From Bdellovibrionota bacterium (GTDB lineage Bacteria > Bdellovibrionota > UBA1018 > UBA923): a stretch of DNA of 64,000 bases. The DNA lies in assembly GCA_040754655.1 (NCBI GenBank), contig JBFMCE010000002.1, forward strand, positions 5,777-69,776, read 5' to 3'. The notes beneath the pieces are model-generated. The model saw only the letters and a program-made list of their open reading frames with translations. It was not told where the DNA came from and made no database searches. Made by a program: the position numbers and the translations under genes. Within the stretch, counting starts at the first letter, position 1; each line of letters begins with the position of its first letter. Below are positions 37,007 through 46,295 of this stretch, in pieces.

Positions 37007-38728
37007 TCATCCTGAATTCTGGCTTGAGGCCTGGCAAAAGAGTGACGCTCTTTTCTTTTGCATTCGAATCAACAAGGCGCTCAATCCGTACCCGCAAACC
37101 AGCGCCGCGAGATGGTGCAGGCTGAGCCAACTTTGGCGAGCGAAGCATAAAAACAAACCGTTGAGAGCGAATGGCGTGAGCAACAAGCCGGGGCGTTTCA
37201 GCAGAGGCGCGAGCGCGCCCACCACCGCGTACACCGCGTTTGAAGAACCATAATCGATCTCAGCCAAAAATCGATGGAATTGCGAGGATGAATAATATTT
37301 CAGGAAAATGGCATTCAATGCCCACGCGAGAGGATTCGAGAGCCATAAACCGGCGCTGACAACGAGCCCGCAGAATATTGGTCCCAAAACCAACTCCAAC
37401 GCGCCGGCAAAGACCAGGAACGAAACCAGATCCCCTGCGAAATGGTAGTGATTGTTGTGAAACAACGGGGCCAGAAAGTGACCCAAGGCACTGTAAGATC
37501 CGGCCGTGAAGGGATAGAGATCGTAAAGTTCCTGCACCTCGGGAAAAACGTTTCGCGAGACATGAAGCGATGAAAAGAGAACGGCAAAAGACAGGGTGAG
37601 CCTTTGACGGCGAAAGATCTCTGCAACGCTTTCAGGCCATGACTGCAGCTTCACGCTAGGGTTGAGATGGGGCCGCATTTTGCGCGCAAGATAGGTGGCT
37701 GAGGCGTTCATCAGTCCACCGGGGAAATGAACTCGGGCCAACTCAACGACAGTATCGACTCTAAAACCAGGCTTGCTGACTAGAAACAAGGGTTGCCACG
37801 ACGTGGGCTGAAACTTCGCTTTGAACCTATAGACTGATTTGAAGTTCAGCGGAAAACGGAGGTGGTGAAACGCAAAAACCATCAGTCCCACAAATACCCT
37901 CTCTGCTAGACCATGCTCACCTTGGGCTTTCGCGTCCGCGAAAGGACAGAGCCCCAAGCGTACTTCAAGGTAACCTTGATTCAAAAGGATTCTCATCGCC
38001 TCAACGAATAAGAGCTCTACAGTCCCTGGCCTCGCCGCTTGATCGCGAATATAGTCTGCGAAAAAGAAACCCGCTTTCGGGAAAATAGGAACCGCAAACA
38101 AGAAGGCGGTGACTTTGCCTCGATATTCAACCACGAAGAGTTTCTTATGTTCGCTCAAGTGCCATGGGTCGATTTGATTCAAGAATCCCAATGGCACCGT
38201 TGCACGCGAACCGACCCAATTCTCTAAGAGCTGATTCAACTGCGCCTTGAGCCCTTCGTCGTACTCGTTGGCAGAGACCTCTTTGACCACCGCTCCCCTT
38301 CTCAAAAGAGATCTTGCATGTGGAAATCGATCGAGAGGATCTCGAACCCCTGAAAAATACTTCGCCAAATCAAAGAGAGGTTCGCTTCCGATGGGCAGGC
38401 GTTGGTATCCCCGCTCAAGGAGCTTCTCCGAGAACCCTTGAGTGACCGGAGTCATGATCACGGACTTTCGTTGTTCACGAGCGGCTTGATCAAAGCCTTC
38501 GAAGATTGCAGGCCGCTCTTCAAAGCTAGCTAGGGGTTCGGTCGCCGCAACCCAAGCGCGCTTGGTTTCCATGTAACGAATCTGGCCTGCACAAGAATCT
38601 TGAGGACGATAGGTTCTGAAGCCAGGATAACTTGTCATGAATGAACTGGTGCGGTCGCCGAATTGACGCAAATCAGAAAGAAGGTCTTGGTTCGAATTCA
38701 AAGGTTTTGACGAAATTTCGCTATCCAT
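37007..38728 (-). CDS. Fusion protein: N-terminal aminoacyl-phosphatidylglycerol-synthase-C-like (DUF2156-like) domain plus C-terminal rhomboid-family intramembrane protease-like domain
   Basis: N-half segments such as FVVEYRGKVTAFLFAVP and VELLFVEAMRILLNQGYLEVRLGLCPFA resemble the MprF-C/DUF2156 pattern. The C-half has rhomboid-like motifs: HYHFAGDLVSFLVFAGALELVLG (HxxxN/GGAxE region), YGSSNAVYAVVG (GxSG-like) and SLHHLAALVCG (catalytic-His helix). Confidence 0.5.
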   Translation of the reverse strand: MDSEISSKPLNSNQDLLSDLRQFGDRTSSFMTSYPGFRTYRPQDSCAGQIRYMETKRAWVAATEPLASFEERPAIFEGFDQAAREQRKSVIMTPVTQGFSEKLLERGYQRLPIGSEPLFDLAKYFSGVRDPLDRFPHARSLLRRGAVVKEVSANEYDEGLKAQLNQLLENWVGSRATVPLGFLNQIDPWHLSEHKKLFVVEYRGKVTAFLFAVPIFPKAGFFFADYIRDQAARPGTVELLFVEAMRILLNQGYLEVRLGLCPFADAKAQGEHGLAERVFVGLMVFAFHHLRFPLNFKSVYRFKAKFQPTSWQPLFLVSKPGFRVDTVVELARVHFPGGLMNASATYLARKMRPHLNPSVKLQSWPESVAEIFRRQRLTLSFAVLFSSLHVSRNVFPEVQELYDLYPFTAGSYSALGHFLAPLFHNNHYHFAGDLVSFLVFAGALELVLGPIFCGLVVSAGLWLSNPLAWALNAIFLKYYSSSQFHRFLAEIDYGSSNAVYAVVGALAPLLKRPGLLLTPFALNGLFLCFARQSWLSLHHLAALVCGYGLSALLIRMQKKRASLFCQASSQNSG

Positions 38729-38906
38729 GGCGCTTTAGGCACTCTTGCATCCGTGGTCCCGACCTCTATCTTAACGCGGCCAAGCCAACGCTGCCTAAAA
38801 CTTGGCGTTAAGGCTAAAGATTTTGCCGATCTCTTCATCCGCCCGAACTGAGAAAACCTCTAGGCTCGACAAGAAGCGACGCTTCAAGCATTGTTGGCCA
38901 ACATCG

Positions 38907-39656
38907 ATGGAATACAAGGACCTCTTTAGCAAACAAGCTCTCGACTATTCTCGTTTCCGGCCGAAGTACCCTTCCGAGCTCTTCGATTATCTCGCGGGAT
39001 TATGCGCGCAAAGAGAGTCTGCATGGGATTGCGGCACCGGCAACGGACAGGCTGCGGTTGAGCTGGCGAGAAGGTTCCACAAGGTGTTCGCAACGGACCC
39101 AAGCGCCAAACAAATTTCAAATGCGACGCCTTTAAAGAACATCGAATACAGGAAAACGACGGCCGAAGACTCTAAACTCGCTGATCATAGCAGTGATCTC
39201 ATTACCGCTGCTCAGGCGTTTCACTGGTTTGGCCACGAGAGGTTTTACGCTGAAGTACGCCGAGTAACGCGCGGCCAAGGGGTGCTCGCTCTCTGGTGTT
39301 ACGGGCTGCACAAGATCTGTTCCCAAGTGGATCAGACGATTTTAAAACTGTATCAAGACATCCTGGGGAACTACTGGGAAAAAGAAAGAAGAATGGTGGA
39401 AGACGGCTACCGAAGCATCGCCGTGCCTTTTGAAGAGATTACGCCGCCGCGCTTTCTCATGAGAGCGACCTGGTCGATTGAAGATTTACTGGGATATCTC
39501 GGCACTTGGTCTGCCCTGCAAAGTTATGTTTCGCGAAACGGACAGGATCCGCGTGACGAAATCGCTGAGGATCTCAAAAGAGCGTGGGGAGAAACCGCGA
39601 CACGTGAAATCCGATGGGACATCAACCTTCGAGTCTTTCGCGTGAACCCTCAATAA
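38907..39656 (+). CDS. Class I SAM-dependent methyltransferase (Methyltransf_11-like)
   Basis: Motif I AWDCGTGNGQAAVELA. Starts at an internal ATG (MEYKDL) because the track start is TTG. Confidence 0.65.
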   Translation: MEYKDLFSKQALDYSRFRPKYPSELFDYLAGLCAQRESAWDCGTGNGQAAVELARRFHKVFATDPSAKQISNATPLKNIEYRKTTAEDSKLADHSSDLITAAQAFHWFGHERFYAEVRRVTRGQGVLALWCYGLHKICSQVDQTILKLYQDILGNYWEKERRMVEDGYRSIAVPFEEITPPRFLMRATWSIEDLLGYLGTWSALQSYVSRNGQDPRDEIAEDLKRAWGETATREIRWDINLRVFRVNPQ

Positions 39657-42079
39657 AAAGGCAGTGACACAGTGAAAACCGACCCCTTGCCGAGTTCACT
39701 TTCCACTGCAATTGTTCCTCCGTGCAATTCGACAATCTGTTTGCTGATGTAGAGCCCGAGACCGAGGCCGCTGATGCGGCCTGTTGAGAGCGCACGTTCA
39801 TAGCGCTTGAAGATGCGCTCGAGGTCTTCATTCGCGATGCCCAGACCGTGGTCTTTGACCGAAATCCGGGCGTTGGTTTCGTCTAAACTGACTTGCACTT
39901 CAATAGGAGTGCCCGCCCCATACTTGATGGCGTTTGAAATCAGATTCGCCACTACTTGTTCGATCCGAGCCCTGTCCCATCGCCCTTGAACCGCCCCATC
40001 AAACAAGACCCGGCACTGGCATCCGGCAAACCGCAAGGGTTCCGAAAAACGTTCGACAACTTCTTGAACCACTTCAACCAGGTCAATATATTCACGTTCG
40101 ATCGGCAATTTGCCATGCTCAAGCCTCGAGATATCAAGCATGTCTTCAACGAGCCGAGTGATTCGATCCACCTGTTTATCGACCGAAGAAATGAAACGCT
40201 CTAAGTGCGTGACGTCAGTGGCCAGCGGCTCCCTTCGTTTCAGTCGACGCATCTGCACTTCAGCCTGCAGTTTCATCGAGGTGATCGGGGTTTTCAGCTC
40301 ATGGCTTGCAATGGAAAGGAATTCATCTCTTGCGCGCACTGCCTCGCGCAGATCTTCTTCCAGCTTCTTCCTCTGGCTCATGTCCCGGTTGATGATTGAA
40401 AAGCCCTTGAGAGCTCCTGATTCCTCATAAAGCGCGGTCAAAACCATGCTCGCCCAAAAACGATTTCCGAACTTGCAAACCCGCCAGCCTTCTTCTTCGT
40501 ACTTGCCCTGCCTTGCCGCGATTTCAAGGTGTTGATCTGGCCTACCTTCTCCGCGCGCCTCTTTCGGATAAAAAACAGAAAAATGCTGCCCAATAATCTC
40601 TTCAGCCTTGTAAGCCTTCAACCGTTCAGCGCCTTCATTCCAAGTTGCGACGTAACCATTGCGATCAAGAAGGAAAATAGCGTAATCCTTCACCCCTTGA
40701 ATCAGCGACCGAAACCTCTCTTCGCTTTCGTGCACAGCCCGCTCGGCGAGTACACGATCGGTCACGTCGTCATGGATCAAGACGACTTCGATCACTTCTC
40801 CCTTATGGTTCTTGACCGGATAAGCGAGCGCCTCGATCCAGCGCGACCTTCCGGGATTGCCGTTTTCGCTCGGGTCATAAAGCGACGCCGGAATTTTCAC
40901 GAATTCCCCTTGAAAAGCCCGTTTCAGGTAAGACGCCACGCCTTTTGCTTTAAGTTGCGGGTCTTCAAGGATGTTGTATTCACGAAAAATGTAATCAGCG
41001 ATGAAGCTTTCCGGTAAACAGAAGAGCTTCTTCCAGCCTGCGTTCACGCCTCGAGTGAAACCCTCGGGGCTCAGCAACTGTATGCTGAGCGGAGCTTGCT
41101 CAAACAATGCTCTGAAACGGTTCTCGGAAGACCGCACGCGTTCTTCCGCGTTTTTCCGTTCCATAAACAAACCAATTTGCCCGCCAAGAGTCAAAAGGGT
41201 CTTCAAAAGCGATTCGTTTCGATCAAAATGGCGCTGGCTGAAGAAATCAATCACACCAGTGATCTTTCCTGACGCCGTGATCGGAAACCCAACCCCTCCA
41301 TGCAATCCTTCTGAGCGAGCGACGCGGCCCCTCGGATAGACGAAGTCTTTACTGATGTCTTGCACCCACTCGGGTTGTCCTTTTTGCCAAACCAGACCCG
41401 GCAGGCCCTCGCCTTTCCTCAGCCGAGCGTTCCGAGTGGCCTCAAGAAACAAGGGGGCGGATACTTTATTTGAATTCCAAGTATAAAAGGGCCTGAGCGT
41501 CTGCAAGTTCGGATCGACAACCCAGAGCGTGCCGATATCCCATTCCAATGTTTTTCCAATCGACTCAAGAATGCGAGGGGTCGCTTCTTCAAGCGAAAGC
41601 TCTTCAACCAGAGCAGTCATCACCCCGTACTGCACGCCGAGGTTCTGCGTCGCCTCAAGAAGCAATCTCTCGGCATTCTTGCGTTCAGTGATATCGCGAA
41701 TGAAAGAGTAAAACAGATGCCCGCTTTCCAACGATATTGGGATGATCGCCAGCTCGATCTCGATTCGTTTTCCATTGCGATGCAAGGCGGGCACTTCAAC
41801 TCTTTTATTTAAAAGAGGACCTATGTTTTCTTCGAGAAAACGTTTCATTCCTTGAATGTGTCGCTGCCGATATTCGGGTGGGATAATGAGATCCTGTAAC
41901 TTTCTTCCAATGGCCTCAGCTTTCGTCCAACCAAACGTAAGCTCTGCTTCATGATTCCAGTCAATGATTGTATGGTTCTGATCAATACCCACTACTGCAT
42001 CTAAGGCGTTCTCAAGAACGACTTTGCGCCAAGGATCCAGGGTAACGGTCGGACGGTGGCTACGGCTAATGATGGGCAT
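39650..42079 (-). CDS. Multi-sensor (PAS-GAF-PAS-PAS) histidine kinase
   Basis: Repeated PAS signatures, a GAF-like segment, H-box SIASHELKTPITSM, and HATPase_c (NLISNAIKYG; GLGLGLYISKQIVELHGG). Confidence 0.85.
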   Translation of the reverse strand: MPIISRSHRPTVTLDPWRKVVLENALDAVVGIDQNHTIIDWNHEAELTFGWTKAEAIGRKLQDLIIPPEYRQRHIQGMKRFLEENIGPLLNKRVEVPALHRNGKRIEIELAIIPISLESGHLFYSFIRDITERKNAERLLLEATQNLGVQYGVMTALVEELSLEEATPRILESIGKTLEWDIGTLWVVDPNLQTLRPFYTWNSNKVSAPLFLEATRNARLRKGEGLPGLVWQKGQPEWVQDISKDFVYPRGRVARSEGLHGGVGFPITASGKITGVIDFFSQRHFDRNESLLKTLLTLGGQIGLFMERKNAEERVRSSENRFRALFEQAPLSIQLLSPEGFTRGVNAGWKKLFCLPESFIADYIFREYNILEDPQLKAKGVASYLKRAFQGEFVKIPASLYDPSENGNPGRSRWIEALAYPVKNHKGEVIEVVLIHDDVTDRVLAERAVHESEERFRSLIQGVKDYAIFLLDRNGYVATWNEGAERLKAYKAEEIIGQHFSVFYPKEARGEGRPDQHLEIAARQGKYEEEGWRVCKFGNRFWASMVLTALYEESGALKGFSIINRDMSQRKKLEEDLREAVRARDEFLSIASHELKTPITSMKLQAEVQMRRLKRREPLATDVTHLERFISSVDKQVDRITRLVEDMLDISRLEHGKLPIEREYIDLVEVVQEVVERFSEPLRFAGCQCRVLFDGAVQGRWDRARIEQVVANLISNAIKYGAGTPIEVQVSLDETNARISVKDHGLGIANEDLERIFKRYERALSTGRISGLGLGLYISKQIVELHGGTIAVESELGKGSVFTVSLPFY

Positions 42080-42124
42080 GCGATTATTGCTTAAAGACTC
42101 CCCAAGGCCCTTCTAACCGTGATG

Positions 42125-42622
42125 TTAACGAACTGCAAGGGGTCGCGCTTTTTCTTGCCACCGCTTCGGGTCGTGCCAAAGGTCTGCTAGAGCCTCTCGC
42201 ACCCTTTCTCGAACATTGTCATAAGAATGTTGAGCCACATCTTTATTGAGGCTACCAACCACACGACCTAAAAGATTTGGGCTGAAACCCGCTTTGAGTT
42301 TACCCATAACCCTCGGCCCAGCAATCAAGAAAAGCTCATCAAAATTCTGCTGGCCTGCTTGAGAGAGTAGCCACTGCTCAACTTCTCTTACGAATACATC
42401 GACCTCATGGTCGCGCGCATCCTGAGGAGAGCTAAAAGCATGGCGTACGTTGCCAAGGCTGGCGAAAGTTCTACCGGGTCGATCCGTCGTCAGGTCGCGT
42501 TCTCGCATCCGAGCAGCTGAATGCCGAATGATATGCACTTGCCGCGGCCCATCCTCGGGGCCGGTGCATTCGTAAATTGTCGCTTCACTTTGGTTTGCTA
42601 CAATCACCCAGACTCTGCTCAT
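42125..42622 (-). CDS. Host-attachment-protein family protein
   Basis: The pattern W.IVAN...A.IYE...DRPGR...F.ELFLIAGPR.MGKL...KD matches the family pattern. Start reassigned to MSRVWVIV. Confidence 0.6.
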   Translation of the reverse strand: MSRVWVIVANQSEATIYECTGPEDGPRQVHIIRHSAARMRERDLTTDRPGRTFASLGNVRHAFSSPQDARDHEVDVFVREVEQWLLSQAGQQNFDELFLIAGPRVMGKLKAGFSPNLLGRVVGSLNKDVAQHSYDNVRERVREALADLWHDPKRWQEKARPLAVR

Positions 42623-42758
42623 CGTGACCTCACGGGAAGAACGAAATGCAATTCTCTCGCCACGAACCTCACCCAACATTTTCTCAGACGTTCAAGGCAT
42701 GACACTTGCATCGATGGCTGCGCACTTGAAGTCAAACCTTTTACAGGAGAGAAATGAG

Positions 42759-43196
42759 ATGGATGCAATCGAGCTACTCAAAGACGATCATGAAAACGTA
42801 AAGAATCTGTTCGATCAAGTCAGAACGGCAGATGGCGTTGACGAGAAACGAGAACTCTTCGAAGAAATCCGAGACGAGTTGCTCTTGCACGCTCACATTG
42901 AAGAAACGATTTTTTATCCGGTGTTTCAAAACAGGGATGGCTTCCAAGAGATCGTGAAGGAAGCCATTGAAGAACACCAAGAGATGAAAAAGCTTCTTCG
43001 TGAAATCAGCGACACCGAAGATGACGAGGAAATGGAAAGCATGCTCGAAGACTTGATCGAGTGCGTAGAACACCATGTTGAGGAAGAAGAGACCGAATTT
43101 TTCCCCAAAGTCAAAAAGAGCCTCGATCAGACCGAAATCAATGAACTGGGATCAAAACTCGAGCAAGAAAAAAAGAAGAAACCGCTGGCTGCCTGA
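42759..43196 (+). CDS. Hemerythrin HHE cation-binding domain protein
   Basis: Motifs LLKDDHENVKNLF, HAHIEETIFYP, EHQEMKKLL and HHVEEEETEFFP. SD AGGAGA 8 nt upstream of the ATG at 42759. Confidence 0.7.
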   Translation: MDAIELLKDDHENVKNLFDQVRTADGVDEKRELFEEIRDELLLHAHIEETIFYPVFQNRDGFQEIVKEAIEEHQEMKKLLREISDTEDDEEMESMLEDLIECVEHHVEEEETEFFPKVKKSLDQTEINELGSKLEQEKKKKPLAA

Positions 43197-43325
43197 ACAC
43201 AGTCAGAACAAGGTTACCGGAGGAGCCAAGCCATTGGCTCTTCCTTCCCTTGATTTCTAAAGACAGACGCGCGCTAAATCGGTAGCATGAAGCCGTACTG
43301 GACGGTACGATAAGAGAGTCGCGTC

Positions 43326-44117
43326 ATGCCTATTAGAAGTAAGAAAAAAGAACTTTGGGTCGTGAAGTCTGGGAGCAATTTGATTTGCACCGGCGGTCCC
43401 CTGCTCATTCGCGCATGGATGCAGCAAGTCGCTGAACTCAAAAAGCGCAAGCGGATTTCAATCGTGTGGGTCACTTCAGGCGCCATCGCCTCGGCCATTG
43501 AACGCACCGGCCGCAGGAAAAAAAAGAAGCTCTCAGAGAAACAAGCTTTAAGCGCTATTGGCCAACCGATTGTGATGGAGTTGTATGATTTGGCCCTGCG
43601 GGCCAATGGATTACTGGGTGCGCAAATTTTGCTGACTTATGACGACCTGGCAAACGAGAAGCGACGCCAGAACTTCAAGAATACCGTATTTCAGCTGCTC
43701 GATTGGGGCATCATCCCTGTCTTGAATGAGAACGATGCTATTTCAACCGAAGAAATTCAGTTTGGAGACAACGATTCGCTCTCTGCTCGCGTGGCCGCAA
43801 CGCTTCGAGCTGACCGCCTCGTCATCTTAACTGATGTCGAAGGCCTCTACGAATCGGATCCCGCGAAAAACCCGAAGGCCAGGCTCATCGAATCGCTTCC
43901 AAGCGTAACTCAAGAGGTCTTGAGAAAAGCCTCACCGAGCTCGCACTCAGGCCGAGGCCGAGGAGGAATGTTCTCCAAGGTGAAAGCCGCGCAATTTGCG
44001 AGCCGAAATGGAGTCACGAGCTGGATCGTGCGCGGAGACAAGAACGCGGCTCTTTTACGAATAGCGGAAGATGCCGCTATCGGAACGAAGATCAGCCGGC
44101 AAAGGGCCAAGCGATGA
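43326..44117 (+). CDS. proB: Glutamate 5-kinase (short form lacking the PUA domain)
   Basis: Collinear with the ProB kinase domain (VVKSGSNL..GG; VTSGAIA; NENDA; GDNDSLSA; GTGGM). 263 aa. Confidence 0.85.
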   Translation: MPIRSKKKELWVVKSGSNLICTGGPLLIRAWMQQVAELKKRKRISIVWVTSGAIASAIERTGRRKKKKLSEKQALSAIGQPIVMELYDLALRANGLLGAQILLTYDDLANEKRRQNFKNTVFQLLDWGIIPVLNENDAISTEEIQFGDNDSLSARVAATLRADRLVILTDVEGLYESDPAKNPKARLIESLPSVTQEVLRKASPSSHSGRGRGGMFSKVKAAQFASRNGVTSWIVRGDKNAALLRIAEDAAIGTKISRQRAKR

Positions 44118-45397
44118 CACGGCGGGATTCAGCCAGCGTTTCGACGGACGAAACGGAAACACGTTTGATTGAGCTGAGAGAAGCTTGGCGCAGCCTCAAC
44201 AAAGCCGAGACGTCGCGCAAAAACTTAGCGCTTCAAACCGTGGCAACGCAAATCGCGCAAAATAGAAGTAAACTGCTTGCCGCGAACCAGGCAGACTTAG
44301 AGGCCTTGCCCAAACAAACGACATCTGCATTTCGAGATCGCCTTGAACTCAATGAGGAACGCCTCAAGAATCTCATTGAAGGCCTTGAACAAGTAAGCGC
44401 GCTTGAAGATCCCCTAGGGGAGGCGGTAGAAGAGAAGCGGCTCGGCAACGGGCTTGAACTCAGACGCGTACGGGCGGCACTCGGAGTTCTATTCTTGATT
44501 TTCGAATCCAGGCCCAATGTCGCCATCGAGTCGTTCGCTCTCGCCTTCAAATCAGGCAACGGCCTGATCCTGCGGGGCGGTTCCGAATCGATGCGCACGG
44601 TCGGCGTGCTCTATTCTGCAATTAAAACTGCTTTGGAAGAAACGGGTTTTGACCCAAACGTCGTTTGGGGAATCACCGATGCTGACCGAGGCATCATCTC
44701 GACGCTTTTAAAATCTCAGAAGTGGATTGACGTGGTCATTCCGCGAGGGGGCGAAGGCCTGATCAAATTCGTGCAAGAAAACTCGGCTATTCCCATTTTA
44801 AAAAATGACCGAGGCCTGTGCCACACCTATGTTCATGAGGACGCTGACCTTGAAATGGCCCTCAATATCGTTGAAAACGCCAAGGTCCACCGCCCCGGGG
44901 TTTGCAATTCCTTAGAAACCGTACTCGTTCATCAAAAGATCGCAGCCGGTTTCTTGCCTCAACTCGCTCTGCGTTTGGAAAAACACCATGTTCAATGGTT
45001 TGGATGCTCGCGCACCTGTTCAGTCTTGAAGGGAAGGAAAGATCTTTCACTCGCTCAAGAGCAAAACTGGGATACCGAATACCTTGATTATAAAATAAAC
45101 TGCCGCATCGTGAATGATCTCGAAGAGGCCTTGGCTCATATTGAGAAACATGGTTCGAGGCATTCCGAGGCGATTGTTACAGCGTCACATGCCGCTGCCG
45201 CTAGGTTTCAGGCAGAAGTCGATGCCGCGGTGGTGTATTGGAATGCTTCAACCCGTTTCACCGACGGCTTTGAATTCGGGCTCGGCGGGGAAATAGGGAT
45301 CAGCACTCAGAAACTTCATGTCCGCGGCCCTATCGGCTTGCGAGAACTCACGAGCAGCCGCTGGATCATCAAGGGGACCGGACAGATCCGCTCTTAA
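44114..45397 (+). CDS. proA: Gamma-glutamyl phosphate reductase
   Basis: ATGA overlap with proB. Aldehyde-dehydrogenase-like core with catalytic Cys region NGLCHTYVHE. Confidence 0.85.
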   Translation: MTRRDSASVSTDETETRLIELREAWRSLNKAETSRKNLALQTVATQIAQNRSKLLAANQADLEALPKQTTSAFRDRLELNEERLKNLIEGLEQVSALEDPLGEAVEEKRLGNGLELRRVRAALGVLFLIFESRPNVAIESFALAFKSGNGLILRGGSESMRTVGVLYSAIKTALEETGFDPNVVWGITDADRGIISTLLKSQKWIDVVIPRGGEGLIKFVQENSAIPILKNDRGLCHTYVHEDADLEMALNIVENAKVHRPGVCNSLETVLVHQKIAAGFLPQLALRLEKHHVQWFGCSRTCSVLKGRKDLSLAQEQNWDTEYLDYKINCRIVNDLEEALAHIEKHGSRHSEAIVTASHAAAARFQAEVDAAVVYWNASTRFTDGFEFGLGGEIGISTQKLHVRGPIGLRELTSSRWIIKGTGQIRS

Positions 45398-45414
45398 GCA
45401 GCGAGGAGATAAGG

Positions 45415-46227
45415 ATGAATTCTACTATTGGAATCCTAGGCGTAGGGAAAATGGGCGAAGCCCTTGCGGCTGGGCTTATTGCTGCAAAGAAAGGCTATAA
45501 AATCATTGGCACCACGCGCTCTCAAGCGACGGCAGCCGAGATCAAAAAGCGCCTTGGCATTGAATGCACCACCGACAATCGAGATCTCGTGAAAAAGGCG
45601 AAGGTCCTTATTCTCTGCGTGAAGCCCAATGATGCACGCCCTGTACTTGAATCGTTGGCGCCTCAACTGACCAAAGACCATCTGATCATCTCGACATGCG
45701 CCTCGATCCAAACCGAGGCGCTTTCAAAGTGGGCCAGGCAAAAAACGCCGGTCATTCGAGCCATGCCAAACACCCCCTGCCTTATTCGAGAAGGCATGAC
45801 GATTCTTGTCGCGGGCGCCTCGGCGAAAGCCTCGCACCTTGAGCATGCCGAAAAGATTTTCAACACCATCGGACGAACCACCGTGATCGATGAAACGTTG
45901 ATGGATGGGGCAACAGGGCTCAGCGGATGCGGACCCGCCTATGTTTACCTGATCATCGAGGCTTTGAGTGAAGCCGGGGTGAAAGTAGGATTGTCTCGTG
46001 ATCTTGCCACGCAACTCGCCGCCCAAACTCTGATGGGCGCGGCAAAAATGGTCTTAGAGCGCGGAGTGCATCCTGCTGCATTGAAAGACGAAGTGACCAC
46101 GCCAGCAGGGTGCACGATCGATGGCCTAATGGCGCTGGAAGAGGGAAAAATTCGAGTCACCCTGATCAAAGCCGTTCTTGCGGCGACGAAACGAAGCGAA
46201 AAATTGAGGAAGAACGCGCGGAAGTAG
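45415..46227 (+). CDS. proC: Pyrroline-5-carboxylate reductase
   Basis: Rossmann motif IGILGVGKMGEALAAGL and the ProC C-terminal dimerisation region. Completes the proBAC operon. Confidence 0.85.
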   Translation: MNSTIGILGVGKMGEALAAGLIAAKKGYKIIGTTRSQATAAEIKKRLGIECTTDNRDLVKKAKVLILCVKPNDARPVLESLAPQLTKDHLIISTCASIQTEALSKWARQKTPVIRAMPNTPCLIREGMTILVAGASAKASHLEHAEKIFNTIGRTTVIDETLMDGATGLSGCGPAYVYLIIEALSEAGVKVGLSRDLATQLAAQTLMGAAKMVLERGVHPAALKDEVTTPAGCTIDGLMALEEGKIRVTLIKAVLAATKRSEKLRKNARK

Positions 46228-46295
46228 CTCAGCCGGTTATAAGAATCGCCCTCCCCTTCCGATAAGAAAGAGAAGGGGTGCGCTTCGTGCCGACC

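Noticed and set aside
46228-46295. Hairpin CCCCTTC...GAAGGGG after proC considered as a terminator
   Set aside because: No T-run follows it, and it overlaps the putative RBS and start region of the next gene. Not called.
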